Below are positions 1 to 7,473 of a DNA stretch of 36,602 nt, one piece after another. Location of the stretch: positions 1 to 36,602 of IMG/VR virus record IMGVR_UViG_3300043443_000129, one strand, 5' to 3'. How positions within the stretch are numbered: the first letter of the stretch is position 1; every line of letters begins with the position of its first letter. A model generated the notes under the pieces. It did not search any database, was not told the origin of the DNA, and saw only the letters and a list, made by a program, of their open reading frames with translations. The translations under genes were made by a program, and so were the position numbers. This DNA is from a virus. Taxonomy: Duplodnaviria; Caudoviricetes.

Positions 1-396
1 ATCATCACTTTCTTCTCTCCCTATCGCCGCGCCGATGTCATCAACGTGCGCTTTGTTCGCGATGAGTTTGGTATGTGGTACGTTGACCTTCCCACGTGGA
101 AGGGTCCAAAGGCAAACCTTCTGATGGTTGGCGGTACCGAATTCGTGCTTGACAAGATGCTCAAGTGGGAGCGTACGTTCGGCAACCGAGATGCTAATGC
201 TGTCCACGTTATCGTGTCAGCCAAAGAAGGTATGATTAAAAAAGGACACTATTTCACTCTTAACGAAGTATGCACCTACGATGGTGCGTTCTACGAGCAT
301 AGCAAGGGTGGGACTGTATGGTTCTGCGACGTGCTCAAGTATGTTATGGGCGAGTTCCCAGAGACTATCTACTACCGACACGACGTAAAAAAATAA
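1..396 (+). CDS. DUF6717-like hypothetical protein (probably 5'-truncated by the window)
   Basis: WYVDLP..W.G.KA.L.MV.G....LD and C-terminal WFCDVLKYVMGEFPETIY match the DUF6717 pattern as recalled. The frame is open from base 1, so the true start may be upstream. Confidence 0.6.
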   Translation: MITFFSPYRRADVINVRFVRDEFGMWYVDLPTWKGPKANLLMVGGTEFVLDKMLKWERTFGNRDANAVHVIVSAKEGMIKKGHYFTLNEVCTYDGAFYEHSKGGTVWFCDVLKYVMGEFPETIYYRHDVKK

Positions 397-555
397 CCAT
401 TTTCAGTCAGCAGATTGACTAAAATTGGGTAGACTTTATCATTTCTAACGGCTAACTTCGCCCTGTGTTCAGGACACTCCGCAGCGCAGGGGGCTCTCCA
501 CCAGCCCCCCAGCAACGCGGCTCAGGAGGATTTGGGCGCACTATTTTTATTTAAA

Positions 556-723
556 ATGTTAAAACTAAACTACAGTTCTGATACCTTGTATCAATTGTTA
601 TCTGTTCAGGGTCAACAAATTGCGGCTCTGATGAAAGAAAATCAAGAACTAAAAATTAAATTGAATTCCTATGGAAGCGAACAACAATCTTCCTCTACTT
701 ACCAGCGTAAAGCGAGCAAGTAG
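556..723 (+). CDS. small coiled-coil hypothetical protein (55 aa)
   Basis: ATG at 556 after an AT-rich leader (TATTTAAA-ATG), in frame with track ORF 532-723. Confidence 0.5.
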   Translation: MLKLNYSSDTLYQLLSVQGQQIAALMKENQELKIKLNSYGSEQQSSSTYQRKASK

Positions 724-913
724 ACTTGCGCACAAGATGGATACCGACATTGGTATCAAGCGCATTGAATACGTACTACAACGTGGAGAGCGTATTGGCG
801 TAGTCGCTGATGCTGTTGTCTATGCAACACGCAGGTACAGCCTTGCGCTGTTTGACACTCAGGCATATCTGCTTGACAAGTACAATCTGGTATTACATAG
901 TATTACTCTGTGA
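671..913 (+). CDS. hypothetical protein
   Basis: 80-aa ORF whose stop overlaps the start of the next gene. Confidence 0.6.
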   Translation: MEANNNLPLLTSVKRASRLAHKMDTDIGIKRIEYVLQRGERIGVVADAVVYATRRYSLALFDTQAYLLDKYNLVLHSITL

Positions 914-1458
914 TGTTGTTTGTCTACGATAGGAAGGCTGTTATCTACCGAAAGGTTGGGTGGAAACAGCCTCTCCTTATCCTTTCCGCAACCGCGTTAC
1001 TTTCAGCGCTGTCTACGTTTTGGTTTGGATATGGAGAGAGAGTATACGAAGGGGTGTTCAACGTGTATCTGAACAAGCCTAAGTTCTCAGAGGAGCGACT
1101 CATTGCTAAACTGAAGGAACTCAATGTCAAGTACCCACACATTGCCCTTGCTCAGGCTCGCGTTGAGTCTGCTAACTATACGTCTACGATTTTCAAAGAG
1201 AACAACAATCTGTTCGGAATGAAGCAGGCACGTAGTAGAATTAACCTTGCTAAGGGAACTAATAGGTCTCACGCCACCTACGCAAGTTGGGAGGACAGTG
1301 TACTTGACTACGCTTTTTGGTGCGCTACCTATGCTAACAAGTGCCGCAATGAAGATGATTTCTTTAACTTGTTATCCTCTTATGCTGAGGCAGACTACTA
1401 CGAGAGCGCTCTGCGTAAGGCTATTGAGAATAACGATTTAAAATCTAAGTTCAAATGA
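910..1458 (+). CDS. GH73/glucosaminidase-family peptidoglycan hydrolase with N-terminal membrane anchor
   Basis: IALAQARVES (catalytic Glu), NNLFGMK, YASWEDSVLDY and YAEADYY motifs of FlgJ/glucosaminidase; hydrophobic segment PLLILSATALLSALSTFWFG. Confidence 0.85.
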   Translation: MMLFVYDRKAVIYRKVGWKQPLLILSATALLSALSTFWFGYGERVYEGVFNVYLNKPKFSEERLIAKLKELNVKYPHIALAQARVESANYTSTIFKENNNLFGMKQARSRINLAKGTNRSHATYASWEDSVLDYAFWCATYANKCRNEDDFFNLLSSYAEADYYESALRKAIENNDLKSKFK

Positions 1459-1595
1459 AAGAAAGAGACCAATTTATGCGGATAGCAATGGCTCGTTTGC
1501 GTAGTGAATACAAATTCTATCCTCAGCGAATCGCAGTTGCTGCCTCTATGTGGAAACGATTCTACGATAAGAAGTACAATGATAAGAAAGACTGA
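1455..1595 (+). CDS. small basic hypothetical protein (46 aa, not in ORF track)
   Basis: MKERDQFMRIAMARLRSEYKFYPQRIAVAASMWKRFYDKKYNDKKD. ATGA-coupled to the upstream gene and fills the gap to the next one. Confidence 0.65.
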   Translation: MKERDQFMRIAMARLRSEYKFYPQRIAVAASMWKRFYDKKYNDKKD

Positions 1596-1788
1596 CCCTG
1601 TTGAAGATAGAGAGAGTCTGTTCCTTGCCTTTGCAGGGGCAACAGCATTGTTGCTATCGGAAAACGTAAAGAAGAAGTACACACCCAAGAGGCTTATTGC
1701 CGAATGGAACAAGGTGTGCAAGCCATACAACGACATCGTTGTATCTGAATTCAAAGCATTTAAACCATATGACACAAGAACAGATTAA
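1579..1788 (+). CDS. hypothetical protein (69 aa)
   Basis: ATG at 1579, in frame with track ORF 1504-1788; tiles with its neighbours. Confidence 0.55.
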   Translation: MIRKTDPVEDRESLFLAFAGATALLLSENVKKKYTPKRLIAEWNKVCKPYNDIVVSEFKAFKPYDTRTD

Positions 1789-2065
1789 CCTACACCATAC
1801 ACTTGTCAAGTTGGTGGTATGCTCGCAGATTACCCTAGAGTTGATTGATGAACTAAAGGGAACCAAGTCCTATCGTCAGGACATCAAGTTCTACGGAAAC
1901 AACTTTGCTTCACTGCTTGAGGAGATGCTAACCAAAGTATACAAAAACCTCGACACAGAGATGGAAGATACCTACGTGACAATAGAGCGTAGCCTACGCA
2001 ACTTTATCTCGTTACCTATTGAAGAACTATACCAACTAGGAGAGACAGATGAAAGAAAACTATGA
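1769..2065 (+). CDS. hypothetical helical protein (98 aa)
   Basis: ATG at 1769 (MTQEQINL...), in frame with track ORF 1697-2065. Confidence 0.65.
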   Translation: MTQEQINLHHTLVKLVVCSQITLELIDELKGTKSYRQDIKFYGNNFASLLEEMLTKVYKNLDTEMEDTYVTIERSLRNFISLPIEELYQLGETDERKL

Positions 2066-2282
2066 CCACGTAAGACCGTCACACTACCAACAGAACTCCA
2101 AGGAAGTATGGGAGATGATGATTGACATATGGGGAGACGATGCATTCATTAAGTTCTGCGAGATAAATGCATTTAAGTACCGAATGAGGCTCGGCCTGAA
2201 GCCAGACCAACCTATTGAACAAGACTTAGCCAAGGCTCGGTGGTACGAGAACAAGGCTAAAGAACTAAGAAGTAAGCAATGA
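2049..2282 (+). CDS. DUF3310 protein (T7 gp1.7-like nucleotide kinase family)
   Basis: V.PSHY, FCEINAFKY..R.G.K and DLAKARWY signature. Confidence 0.85.
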   Translation: MKENYDHVRPSHYQQNSKEVWEMMIDIWGDDAFIKFCEINAFKYRMRLGLKPDQPIEQDLAKARWYENKAKELRSKQ

Positions 2283-2479
2283 AAGTAGAGTTTTTCTATA
2301 TGCACGAAAATACCGGCGAGACAGAAACCTACGCCTTTGATGTAGAGTCAGCAGAAACGCTGTTCTATATGGTTGAAGAATACCAAAAGAAGTTGGGAAC
2401 CAACGCAGTAGATGTCTACGTTGGCGAGCACTTCGAGTTTCCGATGGTGATATTTCGTAAAGAAATTGAACCATTTTAA
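2279..2479 (+). CDS. hypothetical acidic protein
   Basis: 66-aa ORF with ATGA overlap to DUF3310. Confidence 0.6.
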   Translation: MKVEFFYMHENTGETETYAFDVESAETLFYMVEEYQKKLGTNAVDVYVGEHFEFPMVIFRKEIEPF

Positions 2480-2480
2480 C

Positions 2481-2512
2481 TTGGTATTAACACAATTATT
2501 AACTAAATTTGT
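2481..2512 (+). promoter_or_regulatory. Bacteroidota sigma-A-type promoter for the ERF operon
   Basis: TTG (2481-2483), N20, TAAATTTG (2504-2511) fits the TTG/TAnnTTTG -33/-7 consensus; near-identical copy at 6655-6686. Confidence 0.8.
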
Positions 2513-2533
2513 CAATAACTTAATTTAATTCTT

Positions 2534-3157
2534 ATGGCTACACGTAGAGCGTCAGCAGATTCTGTTGACACAAGCAAACTGACTTTAGGAGAACGCCTCG
2601 TTCACATCCAGAACGAACTCAAGGCACCTAAGTCTCAGTACAATTCCTTCGGTAAGTACGCTTACCGCAACCAAGAGGACATCCTAGAGGCACTCAAGCC
2701 GCTTCTGTTTTCATACGGCGTAACGATGACCATCTCAGACAGCATACACGAAGTCTTCGGGCTCGTATACGTAGAGGCAGAGGTGCGTGTGTCTGTAGGT
2801 GATGATGAGATTTCTGTAACCGCGCAGGCCGGCATCGACCCCAACCGAAAGGGTATGGACATCGCTCAGTCGTTCGGTTCATCATCGTCTTACGCTCGCA
2901 AGTATGCGCTTAACGCTATGTTCCTGATTGACGACACCAAGGATGCCGATGCTACCAACACCCACGGAAAGGGAGCGGCAAAGGCTGTTGCTCCTGTTGA
3001 GGTGCCTGTAGCACCTGTTCAGGATGACCTATTCCAGCGTGCCGTAGCATCTATGAAGGCCATCGGTAGTCAAGAGCAATACGATAAGATTATTGCATCA
3101 GCAGGCGATAAGTTTACCGAGGCTCAGAAGAACGCCCTGTCTAAGTTCATTAAGTAG
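2534..3157 (+). CDS. erf: ERF-family single-strand annealing recombinase
   Basis: IQNELKAPKSQYNSFGKYAYRNQEDILEALKP and AQSFGSSSSYARKYAL..MF..DD..DAD hallmark motifs. Confidence 0.92.
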   Translation: MATRRASADSVDTSKLTLGERLVHIQNELKAPKSQYNSFGKYAYRNQEDILEALKPLLFSYGVTMTISDSIHEVFGLVYVEAEVRVSVGDDEISVTAQAGIDPNRKGMDIAQSFGSSSSYARKYALNAMFLIDDTKDADATNTHGKGAAKAVAPVEVPVAPVQDDLFQRAVASMKAIGSQEQYDKIIASAGDKFTEAQKNALSKFIK

Positions 3158-3951
3158 TGGACGAGGTAATTCTTCTGGATGGAACATCGTGGGATAAGCC
3201 TACATTGTTGGAGGCTATGCGCGATGATGACTTCTATTATGGGTATTTGGGGAAGGCAGCAATGTCTTCCTCAAACCTAAAGAAGTTGAACGACTCACCT
3301 CGTGAGTATGCGCGCTACCTACAATACGGAGAGGACGGCGATGTTACAGCACTTGTAATGGGTAACTTAATCCATACATTGCTTCTTGAGCCACACCTTC
3401 AGGACAACTTTGTGCCTGTTGAATGTTCAAACAAGAATACCAACATCTGGAAGGATGCTGTCGCACACTACGAAGGCTCAGGTAAACGCCTACTTGTACG
3501 CAAGGACTACGACAACTGCTACTACGTGGCTGATGCGCTGAAGAAGAACAGTTTCGTCAAGGATGCTATGGCTGATTCAGACTACGAACTACCAGAAATT
3601 GGTACATTGTACGGCATACCGTTCCGAGGTAAGGCCGACATCAAGAAGAAGGACAGGCCTATTATCTATGACCTTAAGACAACATCAAGCATTGGTGAAT
3701 TCAGGTATAGTGCAGCTAAATATGGTTACGCATCTCAGGCATACATCTACTGTACGCTGTTCGATGTACATCCAGATAACTTCAAGTTCATTGTAGTAGA
3801 CAAGAGCAGCAAGGACATCGGTGTGTTTGATGTGTCTGAGGAGTTCTTTGAGAAAGGACGTATGCTCGTTGAAAATGGCGTAGATAGATACGTACGATTC
3901 TTCCTTAATGGAGAAGACTTAGACAACTACATCATACGAGGAACGCTTTAA
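3157..3951 (+). CDS. PD-(D/E)XK exonuclease (RecE/exonuclease VIII C-terminal, DUF3799-like)
   Basis: MSSSNLK, GNLIHTLLLEP, FRGKADI, IYDLKTT and YASQAYIY motifs; adjacent to ERF. Confidence 0.88.
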   Translation: MDEVILLDGTSWDKPTLLEAMRDDDFYYGYLGKAAMSSSNLKKLNDSPREYARYLQYGEDGDVTALVMGNLIHTLLLEPHLQDNFVPVECSNKNTNIWKDAVAHYEGSGKRLLVRKDYDNCYYVADALKKNSFVKDAMADSDYELPEIGTLYGIPFRGKADIKKKDRPIIYDLKTTSSIGEFRYSAAKYGYASQAYIYCTLFDVHPDNFKFIVVDKSSKDIGVFDVSEEFFEKGRMLVENGVDRYVRFFLNGEDLDNYIIRGTL

Positions 3952-3952
3952 G

Positions 3953-4333
3953 ATGGAGTACAACAGCGACTTTAGGTTCGACCTTAAAATAGGCAAAGAA
4001 GGCGAGGAGCTGTTCGGCTCCCTATTTAGCGGCGCTGAGATGGAAGTAAAGACAGATTTCCAGACTCACCGTACTGGTAACTTCTATATAGAGTACGAGT
4101 CAAGAGGAGTTCCATCAGGCATCGCAACTACGCAAGCTAAGTATTGGTGCTTGATTGCCACCAAAACACCTGACAAGACTCTTGAGGATAATCTGTTGTA
4201 TATGATTACAATAGAAACAGAGAGACTCAAGTCTATTTGCAGGGGATATTTGTCTTCCTCTGGGACAACTCTTGGGGGAGACAACAATACCTCGAAGGGA
4301 GTATTGATTCCGGCGAATGCTTTAATGATGTAA
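3953..4333 (+). CDS. putative restriction-endonuclease-fold nuclease
   Basis: F.FDL..G..GE ... EVKTD ... TGNFYIEYESRG.PSGIATT.A.YW, a common phage family with an ExK motif. Confidence 0.6.
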   Translation: MEYNSDFRFDLKIGKEGEELFGSLFSGAEMEVKTDFQTHRTGNFYIEYESRGVPSGIATTQAKYWCLIATKTPDKTLEDNLLYMITIETERLKSICRGYLSSSGTTLGGDNNTSKGVLIPANALMM

Positions 4334-4337
4334 ATGA

Positions 4338-4544
4338 ATGATTATGGAATGGGATGACCTCGGCGACAGCCAACAATACGTAGACAACCAAAAGAAACAA
4401 AGCCCTTGCTCTAACCACGCCTTTCAGCAAGACGAAGATGAGAGGTCTGAAGAACTAAGGTGGAGAGCCATTATGCAAAATGGCAACGAGGGAACGCATT
4501 ACCCAGAGTATAAGGACTATATGGATGACTCAGAAGATGAGTAA
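4338..4544 (+). CDS. acidic hypothetical protein
   Basis: 68-aa ORF tiling the operon. Confidence 0.55.
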   Translation: MIMEWDDLGDSQQYVDNQKKQSPCSNHAFQQDEDERSEELRWRAIMQNGNEGTHYPEYKDYMDDSEDE

Positions 4545-4797
4545 GTACACTAACCGATACGGAGATGAGTTCACGTTTGAGAAGAACGAGAACGGCAACA
4601 TTGACTGGAAGGGAGACCTTAAGTATGTGCGATACGGATGGAACGACGACGACAAAATTATATTCGTTGACCCAAGCGGAGGACCATTTATATCCGTGGG
4701 CACTAATATGTCGTTGTATTTACTAGAAGGAATTGTTAATGGGTTCGTTGACCACGGCGACTATTGGGAGATTCTAATTGAGGATAATGTGCAATGA
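4537..4797 (+). CDS. conserved phage hypothetical protein (VDPSGGP motif)
   Basis: Likely start MSKYTNRYGD at 4537. NRYGD...FVDPSGGPFI is a recurrent phage motif. Confidence 0.7.
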   Translation: MSKYTNRYGDEFTFEKNENGNIDWKGDLKYVRYGWNDDDKIIFVDPSGGPFISVGTNMSLYLLEGIVNGFVDHGDYWEILIEDNVQ

Positions 4798-5096
4798 AAC
4801 GACTAACCAGAGAACAAAAGAAAGAGAAGGCAATGATTGACATCGTCAATAAGATGTTTGAGATTGCTGGACACGATGTAACCTACGACGACATCGTAGG
4901 CGTAGACGAGTGGTGGCAGAAGTACACTATGACTGTTGCTCAGGGCGAACAACTTGAGGAGTGGGGCAAGAAGTACCTTATGCGAGAACTTAAGTTGCGA
5001 GCAGCTTACGCAGAGAAGGAAATGATGTGGTTCAGTGTAACGTGGGGGCTGAAGTATTCAGACTTTGACGAACACATCAAGAGTAAATTAAAATGA
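4794..5096 (+). CDS. hypothetical protein
   Basis: 100-aa ORF with ATGA coupling at both ends. Confidence 0.7.
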   Translation: MKRLTREQKKEKAMIDIVNKMFEIAGHDVTYDDIVGVDEWWQKYTMTVAQGEQLEEWGKKYLMRELKLRAAYAEKEMMWFSVTWGLKYSDFDEHIKSKLK

Positions 5097-5260
5097 AAAT
5101 AACACTTTGTCCATACGTACACCATTGTGGAGATGGATGTTGCTACACCACTGGGTATGATGTGTGGGTAGATGGTAAGAGAATAGGATTTACCACCGGA
5201 GAAGATGCCCAAGAATTAGCATACCTATTAAACGAAACCTTTAAAACCAACGAGAAATGA
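5093..5260 (+). CDS. small protein with CGDGCC motif (55 aa, not in ORF track)
   Basis: MKITLCPYVHHCGDGCCYTTGYDVWVDGKRIGFTTGEDAQELAYLLNETFKTNEK; ATGA-coupled on both sides. Confidence 0.7.
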   Translation: MKITLCPYVHHCGDGCCYTTGYDVWVDGKRIGFTTGEDAQELAYLLNETFKTNEK

Positions 5261-5508
5261 AAGCAATCTTAATAGACGAACTATTAAAAGATGATTCAGT
5301 TCAAGAATCAGTATCTGTAGTGGTTGACAGTAATAAATTGGAGGGATGGATGATTGCTAAACCTCTCAATTACGATAAGGAATACACTACACTTAAGGAA
5401 AGATTTGCAATGGCAAAGAAAGTATTGTTTGGGCAAGCAATAGCTGTACAATTCTTTTCTGACTTGACAGAGCAAGAAAAAACTGAGTATGTTAAAACTA
5501 AACTTTAA
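5257..5508 (+). CDS. hypothetical cassette protein
   Basis: 83 aa; starts in repeat 1 and stops at the TAA of repeat 2; W.IAKPLN motif. Confidence 0.7.
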   Translation: MKAILIDELLKDDSVQESVSVVVDSNKLEGWMIAKPLNYDKEYTTLKERFAMAKKVLFGQAIAVQFFSDLTEQEKTEYVKTKL

Positions 5509-5520
5509 AACCAACGATAA

Positions 5521-5748
5521 ATGAAACAGAGCAGTATTGAATGGATTTACAACAACCTTAAGTCACACTTTGAACACGATGGTGATTTACTTGAGGCTGT
5601 TAAGATGAGCTTTGAACAAGCCAAAGCAATGCACAAGGAGGAGATTGAGAATGCAGTTAAACAAGGTTGGGATTACAATGAAGAAGGTCTTGTGCAATGG
5701 ATGGGCGAAACCTACTACAACGAAACCTTTAACACCAACGAGAAATGA
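5521..5748 (+). CDS. hypothetical cassette protein (KQxxxEW...AKxMxKExI...YYNETF family)
   Basis: 75 aa; starts in repeat 2 and ends in repeat 3; pattern recalled from Bacteroidota phage small genes. Confidence 0.75.
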   Translation: MKQSSIEWIYNNLKSHFEHDGDLLEAVKMSFEQAKAMHKEEIENAVKQGWDYNEEGLVQWMGETYYNETFNTNEK

Positions 5749-5861
5749 GAAAAGATAAAAGTTGGTTAATACTGCCGATGCTTGCTTTTAGTGTCAATGC
5801 AGATGGAACAAAGGAAGTTTCATTTGGGTGGTTAACTAAAGCATTTTGGGTTAAATTTTAA
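5745..5861 (+). CDS. small hydrophobic cassette peptide (38 aa, not in ORF track)
   Basis: MRKDKSWLILPMLAFSVNADGTKEVSFGWLTKAFWVKF; exactly spans repeat 3 to repeat 4. Confidence 0.65.
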   Translation: MRKDKSWLILPMLAFSVNADGTKEVSFGWLTKAFWVKF

Positions 5862-5873
5862 CACCAACGAGAA

Positions 5874-6194
5874 ATGAAGATTAAGACAGGCAAGTACTAC
5901 TCCCAGTGGGGGGTCGGTATATCGTTCATTCACTATGCAAAGAATCTATGGTCTATTATACTTGACCTTGGCCCTTGGTATATTGAGATAAGTAGTGAGT
6001 CAGATAAAGAAGAAGACTCAGGCGGGCTATTCCCAAACACTATTGTATGCGACAGATGCGGCTCACCAAACGATGTGCACCCAAAGTTCACTAAAGACGG
6101 CACATTTAAATATAGATGGGAATGTGGTGAGTGCACTCGTTATGATGAGTATATGGAAAATATAACCAATGAAAAACAAAGCCCTAATACTTGA
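5874..6194 (+). CDS. hypothetical protein with C-terminal zinc ribbon
   Basis: CDRC...CGEC pairs; starts in repeat 4. Confidence 0.65.
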   Translation: MKIKTGKYYSQWGVGISFIHYAKNLWSIILDLGPWYIEISSESDKEEDSGGLFPNTIVCDRCGSPNDVHPKFTKDGTFKYRWECGECTRYDEYMENITNEKQSPNT

Positions 6195-6327
6195 ACAATA
6201 CAAGAAGGCTCAGTACAATCGTAACGTATGTTTGTACAGCCGTAGAGATACCGAAGCCAAATATTGGGAAGGGTATGTTAATGCACTTAGTTTAATTTTA
6301 GAAACAGAAGAATGGACGCAATCCTAG
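6169..6327 (+). CDS. hypothetical protein (52 aa, not in ORF track)
   Basis: MKNKALILEQYKKAQYNRNVCLYSRRDTEAKYWEGYVNALSLILETEEWTQS; fills the gap before MazG. Confidence 0.6.
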   Translation: MKNKALILEQYKKAQYNRNVCLYSRRDTEAKYWEGYVNALSLILETEEWTQS

Positions 6328-6614
6328 ATTTAGAAATGAAAGTGGTTGACTGGGCTATTGAACGTGGCCTAGTAGAACGCGAGAATGCAAACAAGCAGAT
6401 GCTTAAGGTAATGGAGGAGGTTGGTGAACTTGCCTCCGCTATCGCTAAACAAAAAGAGGAGGAGACTGTTGATGCCGTAGGAGACGTACTGGTTACGCTC
6501 ATCATCCTATGCGCACAGCTAGAGATGAATCCTTGGGACTGCCTAGAGACAGCATACAACGAAATCAAGAATCGTAAGGGCAAACTCGTCAACGGCGTGT
6601 TTATCAAAGAGTAA
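6312..6614 (+). CDS. mazG: MazG-like nucleotide pyrophosphohydrolase
   Basis: WA.ERGL...Q.LK..EEVGEL...DAVGD..VTLIIL...CL..AYNEIK.RKG signature. Confidence 0.9.
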   Translation: MDAILDLEMKVVDWAIERGLVERENANKQMLKVMEEVGELASAIAKQKEEETVDAVGDVLVTLIILCAQLEMNPWDCLETAYNEIKNRKGKLVNGVFIKE

Positions 6615-6644
6615 GAGGGGCACTGCAATAGGCTCCCTCTTTTT
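6613..6644 (+). terminator. intrinsic terminator after MazG
   Basis: AAGAGGGGC...GCTCCCTCTT stem (one bulge) followed by a T run. Confidence 0.6.
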
Positions 6645-6654
6645 CAAAAACCTA

Positions 6655-6686
6655 TTGCAATTAACATAGTTATTAACTACATTTGT
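6655..6686 (+). promoter_or_regulatory. Bacteroidota-type promoter for the SSB/replication operon
   Basis: TTG (6655-6657), N20, TACATTTG (6678-6685); 24/27 identical to 2486-2512. Confidence 0.8.
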
Positions 6687-6701
6687 ATAAAATCTAATAC
6701 A

Positions 6702-7019
6702 ATGGAAAACAAAACAGAGAAAATCTTTTGTGGCTACGTTAAGTCAGCAAAAGTATGGGATGATGCTTCGCGCTCTTTCGTTGAACCCAATGGCGGCGTA
6801 TCTGTGCGCTTCAGCCTTTCGGTTGCTGAGATGAATGACCTACAGCGTTACGCCACCAAAGGAGAGAAGCCTTTCGTTTCTTTTGACCTTAAGCGCAGCG
6901 CTAAGGGCAACTACTACCTAGAAGTTTCTGACCCTTCAACTTGGGGCTCTAAACCACAACAGGCTACATCAGCTCCACAGGGATACGTGGCTCCAAGCAA
7001 TGACGGTCTTCCCTTCTGA
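6702..7019 (+). CDS. putative single-stranded DNA-binding protein
   Basis: Beta-rich ~80-aa core, Q/P/A linker and SSB-type C-terminal tail NDGLPF. Confidence 0.65.
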   Translation: MENKTEKIFCGYVKSAKVWDDASRSFVEPNGGVSVRFSLSVAEMNDLQRYATKGEKPFVSFDLKRSAKGNYYLEVSDPSTWGSKPQQATSAPQGYVAPSNDGLPF

Positions 7020-7401
7020 GTTACTTGAGTCATCACTAGCCTACTTAGTAGGACTAGAATGGGGGATAGACGTATTGAAGGTTGACTCCCCCTTCTTTTT
7101 TGGCTCAACACCAAGTAAGAAAAGTGCGTGGTTTGAGGTGGTAAAGGCGCATAGTGAGAACGGCGTTGTGCACCTTGAGAAGCTGTCGGATAAAGAGTTT
7201 ACGGTGATACATTTCCCAAAGAAACGTGGAGATAATGTGATACTAATTAGGTCGCAAGACATTCCCGAAACCTCAATTGACGGACAGCTTCTAGCCACCT
7301 TAATCCTACGCAGAGCAGAGATACACGTAGAGGAGATACTCCACCACGGAATCTGGAAAGAGCTCGAGGCTAAGAAAAACAAAGCCCTCGTAGCTCAATA
7401 G
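7000..7401 (+). CDS. hypothetical protein
   Basis: 133-aa ORF whose last codons overlap the tRNA. Confidence 0.55.
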   Translation: MTVFPSELLESSLAYLVGLEWGIDVLKVDSPFFFGSTPSKKSAWFEVVKAHSENGVVHLEKLSDKEFTVIHFPKKRGDNVILIRSQDIPETSIDGQLLATLILRRAEIHVEEILHHGIWKELEAKKNKALVAQ

Positions 7402-7457
7402 GATAGAGCCTCGCACTTCTAATGCGATGGTTGCGCGTTCGAGCCGCGCCGAGGGTA
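7384..7457 (+). tRNA. tRNA-Arg (anticodon UCU)
   Basis: Acceptor GCCCTCG/CGAGGGT; D arm GCTC-AATAGGATA-GAGC (A20 Arg identity); anticodon arm TCGCA-CT TCT AA-TGCGA; T arm GCGCG-TTCGAGC-CGCGC; discriminator A, then CTA (CCA not encoded). Confidence 0.95.
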
Positions 7458-7473
7458 CTAAAAATTTAATTCA

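Larger units (their letters stand above)
5231..5877 (+). repeat. four dispersed gene-junction direct repeats TTTAA(A/C)ACCAACGA(G/T)AAATGA
   Basis: 21-bp cores at 5240-5260, 5504-5524, 5728-5748 and 5857-5877. Copies 1 and 3 extend to 30 bp (5231-5260 vs 5719-5748, 29/30 identical). Each ends in the ATG of the next gene. Confidence 0.92.

Noticed and set aside
5240-5877. CRISPR array interpretation of the four repeats
   Set aside because: Spacers are 108-243 nt, unequal and protein-coding; the repeats are non-palindromic and contain start codons; no cas genes are present.
7384-7457. tRNA as a prophage attachment site or host boundary
   Set aside because: Phage genes continue on both sides, with no duplicated tRNA 3' end and no integrase in the window.
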